From contig JAUSJH010000021.1 of NCBI GenBank assembly GCA_030647655.1, positions 1 to 51,901 on the forward strand: a stretch of 51,901 bases of DNA, given 5' to 3'. Positions 27,509 to 37,337 of the stretch are shown here, piece by piece (the first letter of the stretch is position 1; every line of letters begins with the position of its first letter). Below the pieces are notes generated by a model. That model did not search any database. It was not told where the DNA came from and saw only the letters and a program-made list of their open reading frames with translations. This DNA is from a bacterium. Lineage in GTDB: Bacteria > Patescibacteriota > Minisyncoccia > Phycocordibacterales > UBA2100. Both the position numbers and the translations under genes were made by a program.

Positions 27509-27589
27509 GTTTCCGCCATCGTACCACGTAGGGGAGCCAATCTCCTAAACGGATGAGGATTCCATGAAGGTGTGGATAACTGGCTTGCG

Positions 27590-27635
27590 GTGGGGTATAG
27601 TGGTATATACTCTATGACAGTGGGAAAAAGTGGGA
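27590..27635 (+). promoter_or_regulatory. MraZ operator-like GTGGG repeats with 10-bp periodicity
   Basis: GTGGG 27590, GTGGT 27600, GTGGG 27620, GTGGG 27630 upstream of mraZ; matches the known MraZ box pattern. Confidence 0.75.
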
Positions 27636-27652
27636 AACAGACACTTCATGCT

Positions 27653-28087
27653 ATGTTCATCGGCGAATACGAGCACAATCTCGACGAGAAAAATCGAATA
27701 TCACTGCCGAAGGCTTTCAGATCGGCGTTCGGTAAAAGATTCGTCATGACGCGAGGGCTCGACAATTGCCTCTTTGCATATCCGCGAGCGAGTTGGGAGA
27801 AGGTCGCAGCAAGGCTGCAAGAACTTTCTTTCGCCCAAGCGGATACGCGCGGCTTCAACCGATTCATGCTCTCAGGAGCCACAGAAGTGGAAGTGGATGG
27901 CGCGGGAAGAATTCTCATTCCCGAACATCAACGAAGCTTTGCTGGCTTGAGGAAACGCGTGGTCTTCGCAGGGGTTTCGGACCGTATAGAGGTCTGGGAC
28001 GCCGAACGGTGGACAAGCTACAAAGCAAAGATCGAGAAGGACGCAGAGAGGATGGCCGAGAAATTGGGCGAGATCGGCGCACTCTAA
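27653..28087 (+). CDS. mraZ: Division/cell wall cluster regulator MraZ
   Basis: MFIGEYEHNLDEKNRISLP and DGAGRILIP motifs. Confidence 0.96.
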   Translation: MFIGEYEHNLDEKNRISLPKAFRSAFGKRFVMTRGLDNCLFAYPRASWEKVAARLQELSFAQADTRGFNRFMLSGATEVEVDGAGRILIPEHQRSFAGLRKRVVFAGVSDRIEVWDAERWTSYKAKIEKDAERMAEKLGEIGAL

Positions 28088-28126
28088 TTTCGTAATGCCA
28101 GACCACTGGAAGACCTTTTAAACGTC

Positions 28127-29056
28127 ATGCGCACGCGACGCCCACAGTCTTCCAGTGATCCGGTGTTGGGAACACAGCACCGACCCGTTCTTTTACACGA
28201 AGCAGTCGAATTCCTAGCTTTGAAACCAGACGACACGGTTGTTGATGCGACACTCGGAGAGGCAGGGCATGCACTCGCCAGTATAGGGGAACTTGGCGAG
28301 CACGGAATATTTGTCGGATTCGATCTCGATTCCGATGCAATCGAGCGAGCCAGAGAAATGCTCAAAGGTGCTGCACCCGAAGTCCATATCGTCGAGGCGA
28401 ATTTTCGCGCTCTCGCTCGCGAACTTTCAACGCGAGGAATATCGCGGGTCGACAAAGTTTTGTTCGACCTTGGGTGGAGCTCCCGCCAGCTCAACTCCGG
28501 AAGAGGATTCTCGTTGAAGGGTGATGAACCGCTCCTCATGACGTACTCCAAGGGCGTGACAGCGCTCACAGCGGCAACCATCGTAAACAAATGGTCCGAG
28601 GAGTCGCTAGCTGATGTCATCTTCGGATGGGGAGAGGAGCGATACTCGCGACGAATCGCAAAAGCTATTGTCGAGCATCGTTTCGAAAAGCCGTTCACAA
28701 CAGCGCGAGAACTTGCGGAAGCAATCTATGCGGCAGTGCCTCCGAGATACCGCCACGGTCGTATACATCCCGCCACGCGAACGTTCCAAGCACTTCGTAT
28801 TGCGGTCAACGACGAGCTAGGGGCGCTTCGAGAAGGTCTCGCAAATGCATGGAAAGTTCTTTCGAAAGACGGGAGGATAGCCGTCATAACCTTCCACTCG
28901 ATAGAAGATAGGCTGGTGAAGCAAACTTTCAAACTATGGGAGGACAGTGGTGAAGGGAAGCGACTGACAAAAAAGCCTTTGACTCCGAGCGCCGAAGAGA
29001 TTAGAGACAATCCTCGGTCTCGTAGTGCAAAACTTCGTGTGATCGAAAAACTATAA
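28127..29056 (+). CDS. rsmH: 16S rRNA m4C1402 methyltransferase
   Basis: HRPVLL, DATLGEAGH, DLGWSS, FQALRIAVNDEL and NPRSRSAKLR motifs. Confidence 0.96.
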   Translation: MRTRRPQSSSDPVLGTQHRPVLLHEAVEFLALKPDDTVVDATLGEAGHALASIGELGEHGIFVGFDLDSDAIERAREMLKGAAPEVHIVEANFRALARELSTRGISRVDKVLFDLGWSSRQLNSGRGFSLKGDEPLLMTYSKGVTALTAATIVNKWSEESLADVIFGWGEERYSRRIAKAIVEHRFEKPFTTARELAEAIYAAVPPRYRHGRIHPATRTFQALRIAVNDELGALREGLANAWKVLSKDGRIAVITFHSIEDRLVKQTFKLWEDSGEGKRLTKKPLTPSAEEIRDNPRSRSAKLRVIEKL

Positions 29057-29063
29057 AGAAAGT

Positions 29064-29465
29064 ATGAGAGCCCGTATACATAAAATAAGCAGACACGTCC
29101 CCTCGATATTTCAGGGGAGGTTGGATTTTAATACTACACAGCACCGTATTTCGCTCTCTATTGAGCACCCCGCGGAGCTACTCGCGCTCCGCGTGCTCGC
29201 CATCGCACTCATCGCACTCGTTTGCGGCTATCTTTATTTCGTTTCTGCGTCTGTCCTCAACGTGATGTCGCGCAAAGAAGCACTTACTCGTACTGCTCTT
29301 ATACAGGGAAGTATAGGTGGATTGGAACAAGAATATTTCAAATTGTCACAAAGCGTCAAACCGAATTCAGGTGCGGCTTTGGGGCTTTCTCCTGTTTCGC
29401 AGACGCAATACGTATATCGACCCGGTAATGTTGGAGCTGTTACAATTGTTCGCAATGAAATCTAG
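29064..29465 (+). CDS. Probable FtsL-like cell division protein
   Basis: Single TM plus short coiled coil between rsmH and ftsI; start uncertain. Confidence 0.6.
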   Translation: MRARIHKISRHVPSIFQGRLDFNTTQHRISLSIEHPAELLALRVLAIALIALVCGYLYFVSASVLNVMSRKEALTRTALIQGSIGGLEQEYFKLSQSVKPNSGAALGLSPVSQTQYVYRPGNVGAVTIVRNEI

Positions 29466-29477
29466 CCGCGAGACCCT

Positions 29478-31184
29478 ATGAGGTCCCGTTTTATTTTCCG
29501 CACAAGGGTTTTGTGCGGACTGTTTATCATCGTGGCGCTATTTCTCATCGTGCGTTTGTATGTTGTGCAGATCGTGCGCGGCGCAGGGTATCAGAGAGAC
29601 GCGACGGCACAATATGTGGCACCAAATCCTGATACGGGAAGCCGCGGCAGTATTCTTTTCCGCGCGAAGAACGATGAGCTCGTTTCGGCAGCTATCATGC
29701 AAACGGGCTGGCGTATCGCGATAAAGCCCGAAGATATAAATGAGCCAGAAAGCGTGTACGAAAAGTTGAACGCGCTTACCCCAATCGATCGTGAGCGTTT
29801 TTTCGTGAATGCAGCGAAAAAAGACGACCCGTATGAAGAGGTCGCTTTTCGTGTGGCCGACGATGTCGGACCTAAAATTCGCGCGCAGAAGATTCCCGGC
29901 GTAATACTCGTGCAGGATCAGTGGCGCTTCTATCCGGCGGGTACCCTCGCGGCACAAACAGTCGGGTTCGTTGGCTTCCGAGGAGCGACCAAAGCGGGGG
30001 TCTATGGGCTCGAGAATGAATGGGAGGAAACCCTCTCGCAAAAGAGAAGTGACCGCTATGTGAATCCGTTTGCGGAGATATTTATGAACATCGAAGCTGT
30101 GGCATCGAACGATCCCTCTGCGCATGAAGGTTCTATCGTGACTTCCATCGAGCCGTCTGTGGAGCAGCAACTTGAAACGACACTCGAGGCTGTGATGAAG
30201 ACATACTCGCCTCGCCTCGCGGGCGGTGTCATCATGGACCCGCATACAGGAGAAATAATCGCCATCGCAGCACATCCCACATTTGATCCCAACGCGTACA
30301 GTATTGTCGAAGACCCGGCTGTATTTTCGAATCCGCTCGTCGAAAATATCTATGAAATGGGTTCCATCATGAAGCCGCTTACGATGGCTGTGGGTATCGA
30401 CAGGGAAGTCGTCACGCCTTCGACCACGTACGACGACACGGGTTGCATCGAGAAAAGCGGCAAAAAGATATGCAATTACGACGGCAAAGCGCGCGGCGTC
30501 GTTTCTATGCAGGAAGTCTTGAATCAGTCATTGAATACCGGCGCGTCGTTCGTCGTGGACAAAATCGGGCACACCATCTTTGGCACCTATGTGAAAGCGC
30601 TCGAGCTCGGGAAAAAGACCGGCGTCGACCTGCCGAACGAAGCGACGGGGCGTATTCAACCAATAGAAAATGGATACGATGTGGATTACGCGAGCGCCTC
30701 CTTCGGACAGGGAATATCTGTTTCTCCGATTGCGATGACGCGCGCGCTTTCGGCACTTGCAAATGGCGGGGTCCTGCCAAGCCCGCACGTCGTAACCGCT
30801 ATCAAATATCAAAGCGGCATTACCCGCACTATCAAACCAGAGGAAGGACCGCGTGTTTTCAGTGCGACATCGACGGATACGGTAACGCGCATGCTCGTAA
30901 CCGTTTTCGACAAGGCGCTCTTGGGCGGAGTACTGAAACAAGAGCATTATTCCATCGCGGCGAAAACGGGCACCGCACAAATCGCGGTTTCCGGCGGGTA
31001 CTCTCCTGATCGCTTCCTCCACTCATTTTTCGGATACTTTCCGGCACACGACCCGAAGTTCATCGTTTTCCTTTTCGCGGTCGAGCCGCACGGCGCCGAA
31101 TTTGCCTCTGCGACGCTCGCACGACCCTTCCTCGAGATTGCGAAGTTCCTCATCAACTACTACAACATCCCACCGGATAGATAA
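29478..31184 (+). CDS. ftsI: Class B penicillin-binding protein (FtsI/PBP3)
   Basis: YEMGSIMKP, SLNTG and KTGTAQ motifs; dcw context. Confidence 0.9.
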   Translation: MRSRFIFRTRVLCGLFIIVALFLIVRLYVVQIVRGAGYQRDATAQYVAPNPDTGSRGSILFRAKNDELVSAAIMQTGWRIAIKPEDINEPESVYEKLNALTPIDRERFFVNAAKKDDPYEEVAFRVADDVGPKIRAQKIPGVILVQDQWRFYPAGTLAAQTVGFVGFRGATKAGVYGLENEWEETLSQKRSDRYVNPFAEIFMNIEAVASNDPSAHEGSIVTSIEPSVEQQLETTLEAVMKTYSPRLAGGVIMDPHTGEIIAIAAHPTFDPNAYSIVEDPAVFSNPLVENIYEMGSIMKPLTMAVGIDREVVTPSTTYDDTGCIEKSGKKICNYDGKARGVVSMQEVLNQSLNTGASFVVDKIGHTIFGTYVKALELGKKTGVDLPNEATGRIQPIENGYDVDYASASFGQGISVSPIAMTRALSALANGGVLPSPHVVTAIKYQSGITRTIKPEEGPRVFSATSTDTVTRMLVTVFDKALLGGVLKQEHYSIAAKTGTAQIAVSGGYSPDRFLHSFFGYFPAHDPKFIVFLFAVEPHGAEFASATLARPFLEIAKFLINYYNIPPDR

Positions 31185-31189
31185 ATAGT

Positions 31190-31528
31190 ATGCAATGCAA
31201 GACATGTAAAGTAATCTCGCGTTTTTCCGGCAAGAAATTCCTCATGCCGCTCCTCGGTCATCGGTATTCGATAATTACTCTCGAGGCAGTGCGAGTGCAC
31301 GTGAGCGACCTCGATCTTGAGATAGGGGGAGGATTGGAAACCCGCGGGTGGACCTCCAATGATATAGATGTGAACGGCACTCGGGCCGATGTGTCGGTGT
31401 TTGCGAAGCGGCTCAAACAAAACGGGATAGAGCATCCGGTCCATTACTGTGGTCCGCATACAGGGCACTCACACGTTCTCTGTGCATTAAATGGCATCAA
31501 GCTGGCGCTCACGGGGAGAGGGTACTAG
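31190..31528 (+). CDS. Hypothetical protein
   Basis: ORF exactly fills the gap between ftsI and the next gene; CxxC at N-terminus; no recognised family. Confidence 0.5.
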   Translation: MQCKTCKVISRFSGKKFLMPLLGHRYSIITLEAVRVHVSDLDLEIGGGLETRGWTSNDIDVNGTRADVSVFAKRLKQNGIEHPVHYCGPHTGHSHVLCALNGIKLALTGRGY

Positions 31529-31533
31529 TTGAT

Positions 31534-32226
31534 ATGCCAACAGATTACACCTACGCGTACACTCTGCTCGTTTGCTTCTTCACGCTTGTATGGGTAATTT
31601 TATTTATTATACGTAAGGATCTCCGGCGAGAAATGTTCATCATGTCTCTCCTCGCGGCCCCGCTCGGGCCTTTCGGTGATTTTTTCTATCAGCGCGATTA
31701 CTATCTACTTCCCATCCTGAACGGACATTACTGGTGGATATATTCTCTCGCGTGCGGTTTCGTCTATGGCGGTGTAGCGGCGGTGCTCTATGAGACGCTC
31801 TTGAAAGAACATCACCGTATCCAGCGGGGTATCCGTAAAAAACAGGGGAGGCATTATTGGTGGTTTTGGGCCGTCTTTTTAGGCGGCGGTGCCTTCATGT
31901 ATGTGGGCACATTCTTACTGCAGATAAACTCGATTTATGTTTCTTTTTGCGTGATGTTTTTGGGGGCTTTATGGATCGGCTATCAGAGGAAAGATTTGTT
32001 GGTCGAGGCTGTCGGAAGCGGACTTGCTCTCATGGCAGTAACGACAGTTTTCTACCTTGTGCTCCAACTCGTATTTCCCGGGATATTTGAGACTCAATGG
32101 AACATCGCAAGTCTCTCGGGCCTGTTTATTCTCGGGATTCCGGTAGAGGAATACGTATGGGCCTTTATGTGGGGTCTTATCACAGGACCCGCGTATGAGT
32201 ACGTAATGGCTATAAAGATGCGATAA
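31534..32226 (+). CDS. Lycopene-cyclase-domain-like membrane protein
   Basis: Two repeated halves RKDL..E; C-terminal ILGIPVEEYVW motif. Confidence 0.65.
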   Translation: MPTDYTYAYTLLVCFFTLVWVILFIIRKDLRREMFIMSLLAAPLGPFGDFFYQRDYYLLPILNGHYWWIYSLACGFVYGGVAAVLYETLLKEHHRIQRGIRKKQGRHYWWFWAVFLGGGAFMYVGTFLLQINSIYVSFCVMFLGALWIGYQRKDLLVEAVGSGLALMAVTTVFYLVLQLVFPGIFETQWNIASLSGLFILGIPVEEYVWAFMWGLITGPAYEYVMAIKMR

Positions 32227-32271
32227 ACACTTCCGTTTTGTCTTAATTTGAAATACAATCGCCCAGTGTGC

Positions 32272-32343
32272 GGCTCCATCGTCTAACGGTTAGGACGGAA
32301 GCTTCTCAAGCTTCAAATCGGGGTTCGATTCCCCGTGGAGTCA
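32272..32343 (+). tRNA. tRNA-Glu(CTC)
   Basis: GGCTCCA/TGGAGTC acceptor; GAAGC-TTCTCAA-GCTTC anticodon arm. Confidence 0.92.
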
Positions 32344-32484
32344 AAATTTTGGCGCAGCCGAATATTTGGCCCTACAGCGAAGTGATACACTTCGCGTGGG
32401 GAATTGAACCGCGGGCCGCAGGGCTCGAAGAGAGCCCGAAGGTTTCGAGCGTGCCAACGCGAGAGGCGATTCCCCGTGGAGTCA
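32344..32484 (+). repeat. 141-bp tRNA-3'-associated element, copy B
   Basis: 54-nt spacer, antisense T-arm (32398-32410), 56-nt core (32411-32466), 18-bp duplicate of tRNA 3' end (32467-32484). Confidence 0.85.
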
Positions 32485-33013
32485 CAATGTAGAATTTCGG
32501 CAGGAGTGAGCGAAAAACTCCCGCGCGCATAAGCTCAAACGCTCCCAACAAGGAAGCGGTGTAAACGATGTCGCCCGTGAGCATATTGCGTAGAAATGGA
32601 ATACCGAGTTCGTACGAATACAAAAGACCGAAAATACTCTTTTCGTACCACGGCGAGAAAAGCCACACCGCGGCATTTGTAATAAGGAAGAAAAATAGTG
32701 ATGACGCAATGACCGAAAGAAAGACAGGGAGAACTCCGCTATATTTCCTACTCATCCAGCTCCAGCATCCGATGAGGGCAAAAGAGCCGTACACGCTCGC
32801 CATGATTTTCCAATCATAAAAACCGATGAACATATCTGACAAGAACAGCGCACAGAGAGGAAGAAGCATAGACCATCGCTTGCCGAGATAGATGCTGCCC
32901 GCGAAAGCAATCGCGGTTATAGGCGTCGCGTTGGGGAGATGCGGCAGTAAACGTACCATGATGCCAAAGCAAACGAGCGCACCCGCCGCGAGCAAGATGT
33001 GGTTGCGCCGCAT
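32372..33013 (-). CDS. DUF6580-like membrane protein, putative ECF-type S component
   Basis: RLLPHLPNATPITAIA...LFLSDMFIGFY...FFFLITNAAVW...GIPFLRNML.GD; C-terminus reads through the tRNA-associated element. Confidence 0.75.
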   Translation of the reverse strand: MRRNHILLAAGALVCFGIMVRLLPHLPNATPITAIAFAGSIYLGKRWSMLLPLCALFLSDMFIGFYDWKIMASVYGSFALIGCWSWMSRKYSGVLPVFLSVIASSLFFFLITNAAVWLFSPWYEKSIFGLLYSYELGIPFLRNMLTGDIVYTASLLGAFELMRAGVFRSLLPKFYIVTPRGIASRVGTLETFGLSSSPAARGSIPHAKCITSL

Positions 33014-33016
33014 AGG

Positions 33017-33451
33017 CTAGAATGTAGATTCGCCAAAGTACCACTCGACGGAATCACCACCCTTCAAAACGTACGCATCCGCACCAATTTGAGGCATAAC
33101 CCCGTTCACTTTGTACTGCCAATATTTCTTATCAGTACCATTTTTATTCCCATGCATCCCGTCAACCAACGTGCCCAGTCCCGAATACTCTTTCGTAGAA
33201 AGCTGAAGCTGTGAATCTCCTGTATTCATTGTCTGCAGTATTCCAAGCACCGTGGCGTTCTCTGATATTGGCACGGATTTGTTCGTATACAGACCCTCAA
33301 TCGTGATAGATACGGTACCTGTCTGCGTAACTTCCTGCCGCGCAGAGCTAGCCGGTGATGTTGTTTTGCCCGTGTATGCAAATAATCCCGCGACAAAAGC
33401 GAGGAGCAACAATCCAATTCCTATTATCTGCCAAGTTCGTTTTGAGCTCAT
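33017..33451 (-). CDS. DUF4430 domain protein (transcobalamin C-terminal-like), membrane anchored
   Basis: GLGTLVDGM...YWQYKVNGVMPQIGADAYVLKGGDSVEW. Confidence 0.8.
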   Translation of the reverse strand: MSSKRTWQIIGIGLLLLAFVAGLFAYTGKTTSPASSARQEVTQTGTVSITIEGLYTNKSVPISENATVLGILQTMNTGDSQLQLSTKEYSGLGTLVDGMHGNKNGTDKKYWQYKVNGVMPQIGADAYVLKGGDSVEWYFGESTF

Positions 33452-33518
33452 ATCGTCCGTATCTGATTACGAATATAACGGTGGTGTTCCATCGTCTCCA
33501 TTCCTCATGTATAGCATA

Positions 33519-35861
33519 TTACGACGAGGAAACCGCTTCGCCTGAAGGCACCGCGACATCAATGTCACAGACGCCGCCAACACACGCGAGTTCTTTTCTC
33601 TGCTCGGTTTCGTCTGAGTGTTCATAGGTGACAAGTTTGCTGTAATCGATGCGTGGGAAACTTGCAGCGAGTTCCTCATATCTTTTTTTGTCTATTGTCT
33701 CGTATGGTGCGAGACGATATACATGGTCAAAGCGCGGCAGGAAAGATAGCCCGCCGATTATATCCCAGTTTTTTTGTATCCAATCTACGACACCAATCCA
33801 CTCATCCTCGCCGACCGAAATAGTCGCGGAAGGATTATGCTCCGTGTAATTGAGCTTCACAATTTTCCAATATTCCAACTGTTCAATGGAAGTCACATCG
33901 TCTTTGAACACTTCGCTATCAGGTGCCTCTACGGGAAATTCCAAGACGTAGGTACTTGCACTACCATCCGATTGACCGACTTCCGGATGATGCGGGACAC
34001 CTTGGTCCTTGAGCATCTGGAAAAGCGAGTCGGTTGCAGAGATGCGCACTCTACGGATATAGTATTTCGCGTGACGCGGATGAATACCCGAGGAGCAGTT
34101 GAATGTTTGAGAGACGGTTCCGGAAGGTTTGACCGCCGTGACGGACATCGAAGGTTTGATGCCGAAACGTTTTGCATACGATGCATTGGCTTTGATCGCT
34201 TCATCACGCATAGCGCGTAGAGTTTCCGGTTTACGTGCTTCCGCGCTGTCCCACTGGCCTGTGACTGATACGCCGAGCAGTCTCTCTTCCTCGCAGTGTT
34301 TTTTCCATGCTTTCGAAATATAGCGGAAATTGGTGAGCATCGATTGGTATGTACCCAAAAGCGCGGCGAGCCGCGCCTTGCGCACAAGAGTCTCGTGCGT
34401 GTCCTCCGCGCGAGCGATAACCTCGGAAAGGTTGCAGAATTGCTTGGATTGCAAGATAATCTCGCCGCACGGGTTTGTCCCTATAGGGCCTTGCACAACG
34501 CCATCTTCATCAATAAAACCGGCTCTTTTGAAGTATTTAGCGCGTCGTTTTGGGAGAGAGTTCCGTAGTGCGCCGCGATTAAAAATGCCGCGCTCACCCG
34601 AACCGCTCTTCATAAGCGCCGCCCACTCTTCTATGAGTTCCGTATTGGAAGGCTTCGCCTCATACACTGCCGAATTGTTGGCTACAGAACGATGCGGCTC
34701 GGTGAGGAAGAATTGCCCTTTCTTTGCATCGCGTAATTCGGCGTCATCAAGATCGGAGAGGCTGATCATGGCTGTGCGACGCACGCCACCCGAGACAACG
34801 CATTCGCCGATCTTACAAATGATGTCGTGCACATCAATGCTCCGGAGCCGCCTTCCTTGCCGCCGCAATATTTTTTCGCGAGCGAACGCGAGAAGCGAAC
34901 GCAGTGGTTCCGGACCTGATGCCTTACCACCCATAGTCTTGAGCCGCGCGCCGGCGGGACGGATGAGAGAAAAATCAAATTCAATATCATAACCCTTGTA
35001 CCAAGTTTGAAGTCCGAGTGTTAGCGCATCACACCAACCTTCTTTTGAATCCTTTATGACATGTGTCGGCGACTTCTTCTTTGTCTGTTTTTTGATCTGA
35101 GGCAGTTGTTCTATATTTTGGCTCTCGACAGCAAATCCCACGCCGCATCCCTGCATTGAAAGATACATAATCTCGGCAAGATCTCCGATCTTTGTCGGAG
35201 CAATGAATGAGCAGTTGTATGCACAGGTATTGCATCTGCGTGCAGGCTCTCCGGCAAACTGCATCAGCCGCATCGAAGGCATCACTTCCTGCCGTAGGAT
35301 CGCATCACGTAGCTCGGAATATTCTTCCGCGGCGAGTTTGTCGCCCACGTTCTCTTTCATGAACTCCATATAACGATCGACAGTTTCTATCCACGTCTCA
35401 CGTCTGTTTTCTCCTACCTTCCAACGCGCATAGGTCCTCAAGTAAACAAATTCGCCGAGCAGATTACCTTCGAAATATTTCTTGCTCTCCTCGGCAAGCG
35501 CGCGGATGTGTTCCGGAACGTCTCCCCGCATTTCCCGAATGCGAGTGCGCTCGGCTCGATAGAGAATGTAGGCTTTGGCTGTTGCGGGAAATTTGTGCAA
35601 CATCAATTCTGCCTCAACCATGTCTTGCACGCCTTCGACCGTTGGGACAAACGAAGTGTCCGACTGTTTTTGTGCAAGCAATTTATTGGAAATAGTATCA
35701 GCTATTTTTTCCGCGGCACCGTCTTTAAATTCATCGGACGCTCGCATTGCCTTTTTTACTGCAAGGATGATTTTATTTGCGTCAAAAGGAACGACAGAAC
35801 CACCCCGCTTTCTTATTGCGAATAGTTGTGTCGGGCCGTTGACGACGTGACTACTTTTCAT
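33519..35861 (-). CDS. nrdJ: Class II (adenosylcobalamin-dependent) ribonucleotide reductase with N-terminal ATP cone
   Basis: IRKRGGSVVPFDANKI ATP cone; YNC, SGPEPL, GGVRR, TNPCGEI, VKPSGT; C-terminal CVGGVC. Confidence 0.9.
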   Translation of the reverse strand: MKSSHVVNGPTQLFAIRKRGGSVVPFDANKIILAVKKAMRASDEFKDGAAEKIADTISNKLLAQKQSDTSFVPTVEGVQDMVEAELMLHKFPATAKAYILYRAERTRIREMRGDVPEHIRALAEESKKYFEGNLLGEFVYLRTYARWKVGENRRETWIETVDRYMEFMKENVGDKLAAEEYSELRDAILRQEVMPSMRLMQFAGEPARRCNTCAYNCSFIAPTKIGDLAEIMYLSMQGCGVGFAVESQNIEQLPQIKKQTKKKSPTHVIKDSKEGWCDALTLGLQTWYKGYDIEFDFSLIRPAGARLKTMGGKASGPEPLRSLLAFAREKILRRQGRRLRSIDVHDIICKIGECVVSGGVRRTAMISLSDLDDAELRDAKKGQFFLTEPHRSVANNSAVYEAKPSNTELIEEWAALMKSGSGERGIFNRGALRNSLPKRRAKYFKRAGFIDEDGVVQGPIGTNPCGEIILQSKQFCNLSEVIARAEDTHETLVRKARLAALLGTYQSMLTNFRYISKAWKKHCEEERLLGVSVTGQWDSAEARKPETLRAMRDEAIKANASYAKRFGIKPSMSVTAVKPSGTVSQTFNCSSGIHPRHAKYYIRRVRISATDSLFQMLKDQGVPHHPEVGQSDGSASTYVLEFPVEAPDSEVFKDDVTSIEQLEYWKIVKLNYTEHNPSATISVGEDEWIGVVDWIQKNWDIIGGLSFLPRFDHVYRLAPYETIDKKRYEELAASFPRIDYSKLVTYEHSDETEQRKELACVGGVCDIDVAVPSGEAVSSS

Positions 35862-36053
35862 GGCATACGAGCGTTAGATTAATAATGGTCAATAGATTAT
35901 AGTATAGATGAATGTCTGGAAGTATAGAAAAACTGGGGAAAAGCGGCCGTCTCGGGTTCCACGCACAGTTTCCTGCGAAGAAAGGCCTTATACCAAGCGT
36001 TTTAATTGGAATATAAGAGAGTACTGTCCGAATAGGCCGTGTACAATGCATGA

Positions 36054-36521
36054 ATGCACTACCTACACACCATGGTACGGGTTGAAAACCTCGAACGGGC
36101 TTTGGATTTTTATTGCGGGAAGCTTGGGCTGGAGGAAGTTTACCGTCATAGCAACGAGAAGGGGAGATTTACAAACGTTTTCCTCAAAGCGCCCGGCGAT
36201 AGTGTCGGCGAGGCGCCAGCAGAGAAAAAGATGGGCATGAGCGGTTCCGTTGCACCTGTACTCGAACTCACGTACAACTGGGACGCGGAGAAATATGCGG
36301 GTGGGCGCAATTTTGGACACCTCGCGTACGCTGTGGAAAATATCTACGACTACTGCAAAAATTTGATGGAGAAAGGCATCATCATCAATCGTCCGCCGCG
36401 CGACGGGCGCATGGCTTTTATCCGCTCGCCGGATGGTATTTCAATCGAACTTTTGCAAATAGGCAACGCACTTGCGCCGCAGGAACCGTGGAAATCTATG
36501 CCGAGCACGGGCACTTGGTAG
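36054..36521 (+). CDS. gloA: Lactoylglutathione lyase (glyoxalase I, VOC family)
   Basis: [22 protein letters not shown] and [12 protein letters not shown] motifs. Confidence 0.93.
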   Translation: MHYLHTMVRVENLERALDFYCGKLGLEEVYRHSNEKGRFTNVFLKAPGDSVGEAPAEKKMGMSGSVAPVLELTYNWDAEKYAGGRNFGHLAYAVENIYDYCKNLMEKGIIINRPPRDGRMAFIRSPDGISIELLQIGNALAPQEPWKSMPSTGTW

Positions 36522-36551
36522 AAAAAGCCCAATGGCGTAGAGTCTCTGTGT

Positions 36552-37325
36552 ATGTACAAACGTATCGTTGTGAAAGTGGGGACAAAAGTCCTTTCGAAGA
36601 AGGATGGAAGCATTGATACCAAGATCGTCCGACACGTCGTCGAACAGATTTCCGCGTTAAAGAAAAAAGGAATACAGGTTATTTTAGTAACTTCCGGTGC
36701 GGTGGGCACGGGAAGAGCTCTTCTTTCAGCCAAGGATAGCGGATACGTTCCGCAAAAGCAGATGTTTGCGGCAGTAGGGCAGGTGAAGCTTATGAGTATG
36801 TATGCTGAGCTTTTTGTAAAACGTGGGTATCTGTGCGCGCAGGTGTTGGCGACCAAAGAAGATTTTCGCGACCGCGAGCATTATGTGAATATGAAGAATT
36901 GTTTTGAGAAATTGTTGCACGAGAGTGTCGTGCCGATCGTCAACGAAAATGACGTGGTTGCGATTGCCGAACTTGTTTTTACCGATAACGACGAGCTCGT
37001 CGGACTCGTCGCGGCGCAGTTGCATGTCGACGCGGTGATTATCCTCACTGGCGTTGACGGGGTTTTGGCCGATGGCCGGACGGTCGCTCTTGTCAATTCT
37101 AAGAACGCCGCGGGTGTAAGAAAATATATTACTGCGGAAAAATCTACCGGCGGACGCGGAGGAATGCACACCAAATTCAATGTTGCGCTCAAGCTAGCGA
37201 AGCGAGGAATTACCACCTACATCGTGAATGGAAAGAAACGAAACGTACTTGTTGATGTTGTAGCTGGGAAACGTCTCGGTACAAAGTTCTTTCCGCGCAG
37301 TAAAGCCATACAGCGTAAACGATGA
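36552..37325 (+). CDS. proB: Glutamate 5-kinase without PUA domain
   Basis: IVVKVGT, VTSGAV, AAVGQ, PIVNEND, DNDEL and GRGGMHTK motifs. Confidence 0.92.
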   Translation: MYKRIVVKVGTKVLSKKDGSIDTKIVRHVVEQISALKKKGIQVILVTSGAVGTGRALLSAKDSGYVPQKQMFAAVGQVKLMSMYAELFVKRGYLCAQVLATKEDFRDREHYVNMKNCFEKLLHESVVPIVNENDVVAIAELVFTDNDELVGLVAAQLHVDAVIILTGVDGVLADGRTVALVNSKNAAGVRKYITAEKSTGGRGGMHTKFNVALKLAKRGITTYIVNGKKRNVLVDVVAGKRLGTKFFPRSKAIQRKR

Positions 37326-37337
37326 TATCCTACAGCC

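Noticed and set aside
27571-27579. Perfect DnaA box TGTGGATAA, plus TTATCCACT variants at 5951, 16598 and 19893, as oriC
   Set aside because: Single dispersed boxes with no cluster, no unwinding element and no dnaA nearby
35862-36053. Cobalamin riboswitch or NrdR box upstream of nrdJ
   Set aside because: No B12-box or convincing NrdR palindrome could be read; only a TATAAT -10 on the minus strand
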